Source: Eledone cirrhosa (Eukaryota). Taken from it: a stretch of DNA of 64,000 bases. This document shows positions 37,646 to 50,000 of the stretch, in pieces. Location of the stretch: contig OZ024743.1 of the NCBI GenBank assembly GCA_964016885.1, forward strand, positions 181,412,001 to 181,476,000. The letters are read 5' to 3'. How positions within the stretch are numbered: the stretch's first letter is position 1; each line of letters starts with the position of its first letter. A model generated the notes under the pieces. That model saw only the letters and a program-made list of their open reading frames with translations, was not told where the DNA came from and ran no database searches. Position numbers and translations under genes: made by a program.

Positions 37646-38339
37646 ACAGTATTGTACAGCGAGTGAGTAAAAATCCCAACCAACACTTGTGTTATACAAT
37701 CTATAGCCAGCGTTTGGTTTTTTTTTTTTTACTTATAAATGTCCTATCTGATTATGCTGGTCGCCTGGTAAATATTCCCAGTTTCCACAACTATTTGAGT
37801 CTTAATATATTTCAATGAATAGTCACAGCCATTGAAACAGTAATTATAAACACAGGATGAGACAAGTAGGATAGAGTAAATGGCAATAAAATATCTAACA
37901 AAACATCGCTGTGAAATTAGAAAATAAAATGGCAGTTACTGAAATAAATCATATAGCTTCTATTTAATAATAAATATGATTTACATTCAAACAATACAAA
38001 AAGACGTATGCATTGAAAGCATTGGTATTGGATTACTCCACAATATAATAGTTCTAAACCACTTTATCTATATAAAACTTAAAATACTTAACTGAAATGA
38101 CAAACGAAAGAAGATAAACACAATTGCAAGACACAAAGAATAAGATATAAATAAGAACTCACACAACAGATGGGAAAAATTGTTATATCTTTCAAATAAA
38201 AGTGAAGCCGCTCAAATATATATTAAAGGAAATAAAGTTAAAAAGAAGTATTTCTTTCTTTCTCTCTCAATGGAGATATAATTTTCTAACAGGCTGAAGC
38301 TGAAAGATATGACCTCTGGTGGGGATGAAGTCTTAACTG

Positions 38340-38467
38340 AATCGTATTTTATCGACCCGAAAGGATGACAGACAAAAAGCGATCAAAACTGGATTTGAAC
38401 TAGGAATGTAAAAATGACATACTTATGTTTCTTACGCCGTTCTATCGATTCTGCCAGCCGCCGCCGC
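38340..38467 (-). mobile_element. SINE copy
   Basis: ttttatcgacccgaaaggatga..ggatttgaac..cgattctgccagccgccgcc. Confidence 0.7.
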
Positions 38468-38842
38468 CTTCTTCTTCTTCTTCTTCTTGAGGGGATCGTG
38501 GAGGTAGAGTCCTCAAATTATCATTCCAGTGGATCCAAACAGAAGTAACTGTCTCCAACTAATCTGACTGGATCCCCAAGCGAGACCAACCAAGCTCATG
38601 GATGTTATCCAACCATCTTGCTCGTGGTCTACCCCTAGGTCTCCTGCTACGCCTAGGTTTTGCCTGTAAAATCTGTCCAGCGATCTTTTCCTGAGACATT
38701 CCAACCACGTAGCCGTAGTATCAGAGCTGTGATCTCTCAAATTGAAGAAGTAGCGGTTCTACCTGGAGTGACTCTCTGATCTCCGAGCTACGCACTTTAT
38801 CGAGTAACGTTACTCCAAAGATCTTTCAGAGGAACCCCAGCT
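38468..38842 (-). mobile_element. RTE-clade LINE 3' fragment with (GAA)n tail
   Basis: Minus-strand translation GVTLLDKVRSSEIRESLQVEPLLL..ERSQL..RPRGRPRARWLDNI. Confidence 0.8.
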
Positions 38843-39496
38843 TACTTAATATACAATTAAGACTGCTACCTCACCAGGAGGAATTCCAACCTTGGTTATA
38901 ATAAAGAAAATACTAATCTCTATTATGGTATTGCATACTTATTCTCGCAACCGACAATACTAAGCGAATATTTGTGCATCCACTGGTGAGTTCATCCGAC
39001 TTACTGCCTGCATATGTAGAGAAATCTAACATACAGGTATAGCTGTATAGTTAAGCATTTCAAGCGGCAACCTGTTGCAGTCTGCGACTAATCCAGGCTC
39101 TGCTTCACTTCAGGCCGAGGATGGTAAACTCTCCAAATGTCGGTCGCTCTCCGACAGGTTTTGCAGTCGAGCTCGTAGCAGTGGAGACTTCCGATGTCCT
39201 TGGCCCTAGGACCACCTCCCTACTCACCACCATATATACTATATATACAGTAGAGTCTCACATATATAATATATATACAGTAGGGTCTCACGCATATACT
39301 CTATAAATGGTATGGCCTCACGTATGTAATATAAGCAGCTACAAATGTTTTTTTAATTTTTTTATTAACTAATGTTTCGGCTCAGAAGTAAAGATCTGAA
39401 ACATTCGCTTGAGGGTGTTTCTTCTCTGAAGATCTGCTGTCCTGAGAGTTTCTTAACACTATAAGTAATTATTAGATATGTATGTATGTATGTATG

Positions 39497-40031
39497 TCAG
39501 GTCACCAATTGGTGCTACTGGTAACATGTATCCCAGTACAACGTGTCCCATGGTCGGGTCGTTGGCGACTAAACTGGCAACCCCACCAAGGTTTCTTGGT
39601 GAGGGGGGTGACTTTGGACATCCTGCAGGACTCAAAACAAAACCTGTCAAAGGCAGAATTCTAGGAGAAGGAAAACTCTGATATAACACCTGCAACCCTG
39701 ATGGTATTCAATGATGTTGACTTGTTCTTCTTTTTGGTAAATATCATCTTGGTTAAGAGAGTGGGACTGGCTTTGTGCAGTTCCTTTGCTCACTATAAAA
39801 GCTTCACGGCACAGGAATTGCTTTATATCTGGAGATCTCTCTGCACTTGTCGTCACATGGTACCAAGGGCCCAGCACTATGTGTCAATAATTGTCACAAG
39901 TGTAGTGTTTGTACCAGAGTTTTCAAGTCGCAGGCTGGACTAAAAAGTCACACACGTTCAGCGCATCGGTAGGAGTTCTCCTACATGGATATAAAGTAGT
40001 GGCCGTACTCGAAAACGAGTTGGCAGCCACC
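39497..40031 (+). mobile_element. Non-autonomous RTE-derived element in (ATGT)n
   Basis: (TATG)n on both sides; RTE-5'UTR-like ggagaaggaaaactctga; C2H2 remnant CSVCTRVFKSQAGLKSH; inverted copies at 45695-46083 and 46153-46403. Confidence 0.7.
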
Positions 40032-40086
40032 ATGTATGTATGTATGTGTGTATGTATGTATGTATGTATTTATATATGTATGAACA

Positions 40087-40476
40087 TAGGGGGCTGGGTT
40101 TGTGAGGTGTGTGGTCGTCTATTGCTCTCTAAATCTGGGGACATCACTCATTTAAAATCACATAAAAAGCCAACTGTATGCAGTTCTATCCCTCTAATGC
40201 TAGATGAGACAACATGTGTGGTGTGCAAAAATATCTGCAAATCAATCCCTGGTCTTAAAAGGCATATGAAGGTACATAAGGATGACATCCCACAAACTGA
40301 CCGAATTAATCCAATAGAGGGCATATCTTGTCTGTCACATTTGCTGCAGACCGTGCAAATCTAATGCTGGACTTAAAAGCCATCGAGGAGGCCATGAATG
40401 GACGTTTGGATATGGTGACGGTTGATGGAGGTGGAGAGAGAGATGGCAATCATCTGAAAAGATGAAGCAATCACCA
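40087..40476 (+). mobile_element. LINE (RTE-like) 3' end with three C2H2 zinc-finger remnants
   Basis: CEVCGRLLLSKSGDITHLKSH, CVVCKNICKSIPGLKRHMKVH, CHICCRPCKSNAGLKSH; ends cacc-atgtat like the preceding element. Confidence 0.65.
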
Positions 40477-40504
40477 TGTATATGTGTGTATGTATGTATG
40501 TATG

Positions 40505-40814
40505 TTTTCTCTTTCTCTTAATTTTGAGTATATTTTTTTGACCGGCCACCTTCCTGGTGGCAAGGTTGTAAAAGAAAAGAAATTGTCATCCCTTGAATCG
40601 CAAGAATGTTTTGCAAATTTTGAAGGTGCCAGCTATCGCAGCCATTTGTAGACTATGACTTAGGGAGCTGCGCTTTTTGTCCGAAAATCCAAGTTCAGTC
40701 ATACTTTGGTCCAAGCGGGTTGGTATATAACCCGTAGCACCAATAATGATGGGTATGAAGCTAAAGGTGTATCTTGGATACTGGATTTGTAAACTCCTCA
40801 TCAATGGTCCGTAG
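40505..40814 (-). mobile_element. 3' tip of an RLE-type non-LTR element between (CATA)n tracts
   Basis: YGPLMRSLQIQYPRYTFSFIPIIIGATGYIP...GTFKICKTFL (RLE C-terminal PIIIGATG motif). Confidence 0.7.
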
Positions 40815-41405
40815 ATGTATGTATGTATGTATGTATGTATGTATGTATGTATGTATGTATGTATGTATGTATGTATGTATGTATGTATGTATGTGTACAT
40901 GTATGTTTGCATGCATGTATATATGTACGTAGACGTATGAACGTATGTAAGTACATATACGTATGAATATAAGTATGTATACGTATGAATGTATGTATAC
41001 GTATGAATATAAATACATATATGAATGTATATAGGAATACGTATATGTACTTATATTCATACGTATGAATATATGTATGTATACGTATGAATATAAGTAC
41101 GTATACGTATGAATGTATGTGTGTAAGTATGTATGTAAGTATGTATATATCTATATGTATAAATATATGTATGTATACGTATGAATATAAGTACATATAA
41201 GTATGTATGTATATATGTATACGTATGTATGTATATGTGTATACGTATGTATGTATATATGTATACGTATCAATATAAGTATGAGTGTATGTGTGTATAC
41301 GTAATGTATGTATATATATCTATACGTATGAATGTATGTATGCGTATGAATATAAGTACATATACGTAAGAATGTATATATGTGTACGTATGTATGTATA
41401 GTATA
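40815..41405. repeat. (ATGT)n and derived cryptic TATG/TACG repeat
   Basis: Direct reading. Confidence 0.9.
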
Positions 41406-41634
41406 GTTTACATATCCTTAAGTGAAACTTAAAAAACCAGGCCAGTTTCTGTGTCAATGATGGTGTTGATTTTTGTTACATATTTGTTTGAAAACAACCG
41501 AAACAAAACAATTATACGTCGGATATGAAAATAAGAGATTTTCAACATTTTATTCATTTTGAAAAAGGAAAAACACAGAAAAATATGACATCAACTATTG
41601 TCCTAACGTAATTTCCGTTGGACTTTGTCAATGA

Positions 41635-41985
<351 letters not shown>

Positions 41986-42179
41986 CTTCTACCTGGAGTT
42001 GCGACCGATAGATAGTATTAGCAACTGGAAAGACCAACGGAAACATTGTTTCCTCGGTCCGATTTGACGAAAGTCGATCGACTGTCGATATATATATATA
42101 TTGCAAAAAATATTGATGTAATTCATTTCAAGAACTCAACGCACATTTCCCTCTCAGGAGTGACGGAGTATTATTAGAA

Positions 42180-42641
<462 letters not shown>

Positions 42642-42882
42642 ACCCTTAACCTCTAACTACCACCTGATAAACTGCATATACTTAAGACTTTCTACCCTCG
42701 TATTGTATCTAACCCCTTTAATTACCCACAATAACCAATACCTATATCCCTCCCTCCTCCTTCATTCCTTCTCTCTTTTTCTTTTTTCGTTTTCTTCCTT
42801 TCCTCTCTCCCTTATTTTTTTGCTATCTTTTCTTCCCCCTGCCCCCTCCTTTATTTTTATTTTTATTTTTATTTATATATAT

Positions 42883-42963
<81 letters not shown>

Positions 42964-43704
42964 ACTATAAACAATATAATTCTCTTTAACTCCCTACACT
43001 GTAAATCGACGACATGAAGTCTACGAATCAAAACTGATCGAGGAATCCTTCCACCTTTACCCCTTCCTCCATCTCCATTTGTCACTCTCCTTCCTAATTC
43101 TTCTACCTCTTCCTCTCTCTCTCTATACTACTCCGTTTGTCAATCTACTTTCTAATTCCTTTCCCCCTTCCTCTCTCTTTATACTAGTAAATACAATTCC
43201 AAAAAAATGTTTTTCTCTATATTAAGAACCTTTTAAGAGTAACGTATTCACTATTTTGAAAATTTGGAGGTGAACAACAATTATTATTGAGTGGCTGCTA
43301 TTTGCAGTATAGCAATATAAGGTTGTACTTACCAATGAAACGGTCGTAAATACCCGGATAAAATCCTTTTTTAATGCTTACCTGTGTTTTCTCTTTTATC
43401 CTCTATACTCCAAGATTGAACGTGATTCTTACAAACTTGAGTTACCCCTAACCGTACGTCGAAACCGTCCATGAAACTGGCTTTCTTAACCACGAGCTGG
43501 ATTACAATAAGCAATTTTCTGCAATTTTCTGCATTTTTTCCGTTTATCGTTTTCGCTGCACCCGGCCGATTAACCCACTCGATATGCAAATTGGGCTACT
43601 CAGCCGTTAATATGCATAAGGAAAGTATATACTTTCGGACGTTCAACAATCTGGCAGGAAGGTATACGTTGCTGACGATAGCTAACAAGCTTGAAACTAG
43701 TACA

Positions 43705-43967
43705 GCGTTCCTTTGTCAGTGTTGAACAAACGAGCAACGGTGGTTGCTAGACACTGCGGCTTTATACGGGATGTTTGTTTACAAACACACCGAGCATTAT
43801 AATAAATGTTTGGTGAATCCATACGTACATATATATATGTGTGCATGTATGTATATATATACATACTACTGTACGTCTGTATACATATATGTATGTACGT
43901 ATACATACTTATATTTAAGTAACAGCCGTACTAAGAGTGGGAAATGAAATTTCGTTTCATTTTTTCC

Positions 43968-43975
<8 letters not shown>
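43705..43975. mobile_element. Second copy of the MITE-like element, with complete right arm
   Basis: 43868-43975 is the reverse complement of ~30725-30838. Confidence 0.7.
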
Positions 43976-44008
<33 letters not shown>

Positions 44009-44324
44009 GATAAATCTACCAAAATGTACGGTAGTGTCCAATCCGTATGAAGAACTCAATGTAATCCGAATATCATGAAAAGAGATGTATTCATAAAATT
44101 TTTTTCGATGAAAAATACAGGAAAACAGTCAAGATAAATTAATAAAAATAATGAATAAACAAAGAAACAGTTCCGTATATTAAAAAATTCATCATTTTAC
44201 GATCGTTTCTAGGATATATATGTTAGTGTTGGTATGCATATCCTATAGATCTATGTAAAATGTTTACAAACTATCAGAAGGAATATACATACCTACACAT
44301 ATATATGCTGTCTTCAGAAATAAT

Positions 44325-44508
44325 TGTTTCTACTTTAGGCACAAGGCCAGCAATTACCCAGTGTATTACTGGTACTTTATTTTATCGACCCTGTAAGGAT
44401 GAAAGGCAAAGTCAACCTCGGCAGGATTTGAACTCAGATCGTAAAGGGACGTAACTATGCTGGAAAGCATGGCGTCCGACTCTCTACCGATACTGCCAAT
44501 CCACCGCC
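44325..44508 (-). mobile_element. SINE insertion with 13-bp target-site duplication
   Basis: cttcagaaataat at 44312-44324 and 44509-44521. Confidence 0.85.
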
Positions 44509-44848
44509 CTTCAGAAATAATGATATTTGTTTATTGAAAAAAACCAACAAAGATTTAATACAATAGGTCTGTTTGGGAACAGGTTTTGAATTGACCAATA
44601 GAAAGATAGTGAAGGTCAAGATGGTAAAATAGTAGTAAAAGAACCTTAATTTAGGGGTAGTGGAAGGTAGATTTCAGTTTTGGATGGAAAGAATATTATG
44701 AATGAAAGATTATTTTAGGGATGAAAATAGGTCATATGCTGTCTTCAGAAAGAATTATATTTGTTCATTGAATAAAACCAACAAAGATTTAATATAATAG
44801 GTCTATTATATTAAATCTTTGTTGGTTTTATTCAATGAACAAATATAA

Positions 44849-44980
44849 TTATTTCTGAAGACAGCATATATATGTGTAGGTATGTATATTCCTTCTGATA
44901 GTTTGTAAAAATTTTACATAGATCTATAGGATATGCATACCAACACTAACATATATATCCTAGAAACGATCGTAAAATGA
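44849..44980 (+). ncRNA. Type I hammerhead with ~100-nt stem II (H4)
   Basis: ttattt-CTGAAGA-[101-nt fold-back]-GAAACGATCGTA-aaatga; minus-strand partner at 44192-44323. Confidence 0.6.
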
Positions 44981-45403
44981 TGAATTTTTTAATATAAGGA
45001 ACTGTTTCTTTGTTTATTCATTATTTTTATTAATTTATATATATATATATATACAGGGGCGGTGGAAGCATTTCGGTATTGGAGGGTGGGGTAGCAATTT
45101 AGTTGTAGTGATTAGTTTAGCTCTTTGCACTCTCAAACTTCGATATACGATAAACATAACATGCATATATCCAAATAGATATATTTTGGTAGTTTGGGGC
45201 AAAATATGATTATTGGAGGGGATATGCCCCCCCCCCCCCCGCTCCCTCAGTTCCACCGTCACTGTATATATATTATTAAAACAAAATTATGCTTCGTGTA
45301 CTTTCCTAAGGGTTTAATATATCGAGCTTCTTCGCATATGGTAAAAAAATAATGGTATTATACCGAATTTATTCATCTCATATATATATATATGTATGTA
45401 TGT

Positions 45404-45585
45404 AAAAGGTAAACAGAAATAACAACACAATCAGTAGAGCATATGGAAGGAATATATTAGGTTAACGCTTGATATAGCAGAAAGAGGGTCTTAATGGTTC
45501 GGACGCTAGTCCTTCATTAGAAGAGAGAATGAGAAATAAGATAGATTGAAGGGGCGGGCGAGTTGGAATTAGAAAAAAAAGTCTT
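45404..45585 (-). mobile_element. Second copy of the H1 Penelope-like repeat
   Basis: Reverse complement of 16947-17129. Confidence 0.7.
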
Positions 45586-45694
45586 TAGATAAAAATAACA
45601 GGTCTATTCATGTTGACATCTCTTATATATATATGTATGTATGTGAGTGTGGGTAAGTATGCATACGTACATATGTACATACATACATATATAC

Positions 45695-46403
45695 ATGGTG
45701 GCTGCCAACTCGTTTTCGAGTAAGGCCACTACTTTATATCCATGTAGGAGAACCCCAACCAATGCACTGAACGAGTGTGACTTTTTAGTCCAGCCAGCGA
45801 CTTGAAAACTCTGGTACAAACACTACACTTGTGACAATTATTGACACATAGTGCTGGGCCCATGGTACCATGTGACGACAAGTGCAGAGAGATCTCCAGA
45901 TATAAAGCAATGCCTATGCCGTGAAGCTTTTATAGTGAGCAAAGGCACTGCACAAAGCCAGTCCCACTCTCTTAACCAAGATGATATTTACCAAAAAGAA
46001 GAACAAGTCAACATCATTGGATACCATCAGGGTTGCAGGTGTTATATCAGAGTTTCCCTTCTCCTAGAACTCTGCCTTGACAAAGGCTAAGGGGTCATCT
46101 TCCCGATACATACATACATACATACATACATACATACATACATACATACATACATACATACATACATACATACATGGTGGCCGCCAACTCGTTTTCGAGT
46201 ACGGCCACTACTTTATATCCATGTAGGAGAGCCCCTACCAATGCACTGAACGAGTGTGACTTTTTAGTCCAGCCAGCGACTTGAAAACTCTGGTACAAAC
46301 ACTACACTTGTGACAATTATTGACACATAGTGCTGGGCCCATGGTACCATGTGATGACAAGTGCAAAGAGATCTCCAGATATAAAGCAATGCCTGTGCCG
46401 TGA
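45695..46403 (-). mobile_element. Two tandem 5'-truncated copies of the (ATGT)n-associated RTE-derived element
   Basis: 45695-46083 and 46153-46403 match 39645-40031; separated by (CATA)n at 46107-46154. Confidence 0.85.
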
Positions 46404-47044
46404 TGTACACACATACATACATATACACACTTATTAATCTATCCCCGGCGAATTTTTTTCTTTTTACATCAAAAACTATACATCACAAAAAAAGTACATT
46501 ACTAGAAATCCTATTCGTTATGAAATAAATAGGATGGGTTGGGGTCGCACTATATAAACTAAACCACTAATTCTGGTTTTCAAAAAAAAATCAACGGAGA
46601 GAACCTAGAAAAATTAACGATACCCCGCTTATTCCACCCCAAACCCCATTATTTGGGACCCGAGAGTACATGTAAACATCATCATTCTCACAGATCTTGA
46701 AGGATCTGCGAAAGCCATGGGCAGACACCCCACCGATAGGCTAAACCAATAAAAAATAAACAACCCTCTGTATCTCACTTTCAACACCCACGCTAATCAC
46801 TCGACCTTTTTTTTTTTTGTTTTTGCTGTTTCAGAAAATGAAGGTCCCTCGACACCAACGTATTTCCTCCAGGTGCTCCCTAGCAGATGTTCAAGATAAA
46901 CACGTCATAAATGGTATCAGTATCACCAGTAGTGAGGGGAGGGGAGAGAACGTAACATGTACAACCTCATCCTCTAGAAGAAGACTTACAAATAGACTAG
47001 TACTTCATTCATTTCATTATAACCCACCAAATTACGAGTTGACT

Positions 47045-50000
47045 GTTTTTGTTATTGTTGTTGGAGGAGGTTTGGTGATTATGTTGTTGTGGTTGGTGGT
47101 GCGGGTGCTGGTGGTGGTTTGGAAATGTGTTGTTGGTGTTGTTGTTGTTGGAGGTTTGGTGATTGTGTTGTTGTGGTTGGTGGTGTGGTGGTGGTGGTGG
47201 TTTGGTAATGTGTTGTTGGTGTTGTTGTTGTTGGAGGTGGCTTGGTGATTGTGTTGTTGTTGTTGTTGTTATTGGTGGTAGTTTGGTAATTGTGTTGTTG
47301 TTGTTGTTGTTATTATTGGTGGTGGTTTGGTAATTGTGTTGTCGTTGTTGTTATTGGTGGTGGTTTGGTGATTGTGTTGTTGTTGTTGTTATTATTGGTG
47401 GTGGTTTGGTAATTGTGTTGTTGTTGTTGTTGTTATTGGTGGTGGTTTGGTAATTGTGTTGTTGTTGTTGTTGTTATTGGTGGTGGTTTGGTGATTGTGT
47501 TGTTGTTGTTGTTGTTATTATTGGTGGTGGTTTGGTGATTGTGTTGTTGTTGTTGTTATTATTGGTGGTGGTTTGGTAATTGTGTTGTTGTTGTTGTTAT
47601 TATTGGTGGTGGTTTGGTAATTGTGTTGTTGTTGTTGTTATTATTGGTGGTGGTTTGGTAATTGTGTTGTTGTTGTTATTATTATTGGTGGTGGTTTGGT
47701 AATTGTGTTGTTGTTGTTGTTATTATTGGTGGTGGTTTGGTAATTGTGTTGTTGTTGTTGTTGTTATTATTGGTGGTGGTTTGGTAATTGTGTTGTTGTT
47801 GTTATTATTATTGGTGGTGGTTTGGTAATTGTGTTGTTGTTGTTGTTGTTATTATTGGTGGTGGTTTGGTAATTGTGTTGTTGTTGTTGTTATTATTGGT
47901 GGTGGTTTGGTAATTGTGTTGTTGTTGTTGTTGTTATTATTGGTGGTGGTTTGGTAATTGTGTTGTTGTTGTTATTATTATTGGTGGTGGTTTGGTAATT
48001 GTGTTGTTGTTGTTGTTGTTATTATTGGTGGTGGTTTGGTAATTGTGTTGTTGTTGTTGTTATTATTGGTGGTGGTTTGGTAATTGTGTTGTTGTTGTTG
48101 TTATTATTGGTGGTGGTTTGGTAATTGTGTTGTTGTTGTTGTTATTATTGGTGGTGGTTTGGTAATTGTGTTGTTGTTGTTGTTATTATTGGTGGTGGTT
48201 TGGTAATTGTGTTGTTGTTGTTGTTATTATTGGTGGTGGTTTGGTAATTGTGTTGTTGTTGTTGTTATTATTGGTGGTGGTTTGGTAATTGTGTTGTTGT
48301 TGTTGTTATTATTGGTGGTGGTTTGGTAATTGTGTTGTTGTTGTTGTTATTATTGGTGGTGGTTTGGTAATTGTGTTGTTGTTGTTGTTATTATTGGTGG
48401 TGGTTTGGTAATTGTGTTGTTGTTGTTGTTATTATTGGTGGTGGTTTGGTAATTGTGTTGTTGTTGTTGTTATTATTGGTGGTGGTTTGGTAATTGTGTT
48501 GTTGTTGTTGTTATTATTGGTGGTGGTTTGGTAATTGTGTTGTTGTTGTTGTTATTATTGGTGGTGGTTTGGTAATTGTGTTGTTGTTGTTGTTATTATT
48601 GGTGGTGGTTTGGTAATTGTGTTGTTGTTGTTGTTATTGTTGGTGGTGGTTTGGTAATTGTGTTGTTGTTGTTGTTATTATTGGTGGTGGTTTGGTAATT
48701 GCTTTATTGTTGTTATTATTATTGGTGGTGGTTTGGTAATTGTGTTGTTGTTGTTGTTGTTATTATTGGTGGTGGTTTGGTAATTGTGTTGTTGTTGTTG
48801 TTGTTATTATTGGTGGTGGTTTGCTAATTGTGTTGTTATTGTTATTATTATTGGTGGTGGTTTGGTAATTGTGTTGTTGTTGTTGTTATTATTGGTGGTG
48901 GTTTGGTGATTGTGTTGTTGTTGTTGTTGTTGTTATTGGTGGTGGTTTGGTAATTGTGTTGTTGTTGTTGTTATTATTGGTGGTGGTTTGGTGATTGTGT
49001 TATTGTAGTTGTTATTATTGGTGGTGGTTTGGTGATTGTGTTGTTGTTGTTGTTGTTGTTATTGGTGGTGGTTTGGTAATTGTGTTGTTGTTGTTGTTGT
49101 TGTTATTGGTGGTGGTTTGGTGATTGTGTTGTTGTAGTTGTTATTATTGGTGGTGGTTTGGTAATTGTGTTGTTGTTGTTGTTATTATTGGTGGTGGTTT
49201 GGTAATTGTGTTGTTGTTGTTGTTATTATTGGTGGTGGTTTGGTAATTGTGTTGTTGTTGTTGTTATTATTGGTGGTGGTTTGGTAATTGTGTTGTTGTT
49301 GTTGTTATTATTGGTGGTGGTTTGGTAATTGTGTTGTTGTTGTTGTTATTATTGGTGGTGGTTTGGTAATTGTGTTGTTGTTGTTGTTATTATTGGTGGT
49401 GGTTTGGTAATTGTGTTGTTGTTGTTGTTGTTATTATTGGTGGTGGTTTGGTAATTGCTTTATTGTTGTTATTATTATTGGTGGTGGTTTGGTAATTGTG
49501 TTGCTGTTGTTGTTGTTATTATTGGTGGTGGTTTGGTAATTGTGTTGTTGTTGATGTTGTTATTGGTGGTGGTTTGGTGATTGTGTTATTGTAGTTGTTA
49601 TTATTGGTGGTGGTTTGGTAATTGTGTTGTTGTTGTTGTTGTTGTTATTGGTGGTGGTTTGGTAATTGTGTTGTTGTTGTTGTTGTTATTGGTGGTGGTT
49701 TGGTGATTGTGTTGTTGTTGTTGTTATTGGTGGTGGTTTGGTAATTGTGTTGTTGTTGTTGTTGTTGTTATTGGTGGTGGTTTGGTGATTGTGTTGTTGT
49801 AGTTGTTATTATTGGTGGTGGTTTGGTAATTGTGTTGTTGTTGTTGTTATTATTGGTGGTGGTTTGGTAATTGTGTTGTTGTTGTTGTTATTATTGGTGG
49901 TGGTTTGGTGATTGTGTTGTTGTTGTTGTTATCATTGGTGGTGGTTTGGTAATTGTGTTGTTGTTGATTGGTGGTGGTTTGGTAATTGTGTTGTTGTTGT

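Larger units (their letters stand above)
44137..45036. mobile_element. ORF-less Penelope-like inverted repeat with hammerheads (family H4)
   Basis: 44137-44570 (interrupted by a SINE) and a partial copy at 44733-44800 are mirrored by 44803-45036; ends at (TA)n. Confidence 0.75.

Noticed and set aside
40087-40400. Host C2H2 zinc-finger gene
   Set aside because: Lacks TGEKP linkers, is frameshifted, is bounded by (ATGT)n and ends like neighbouring LINE 3' ends.
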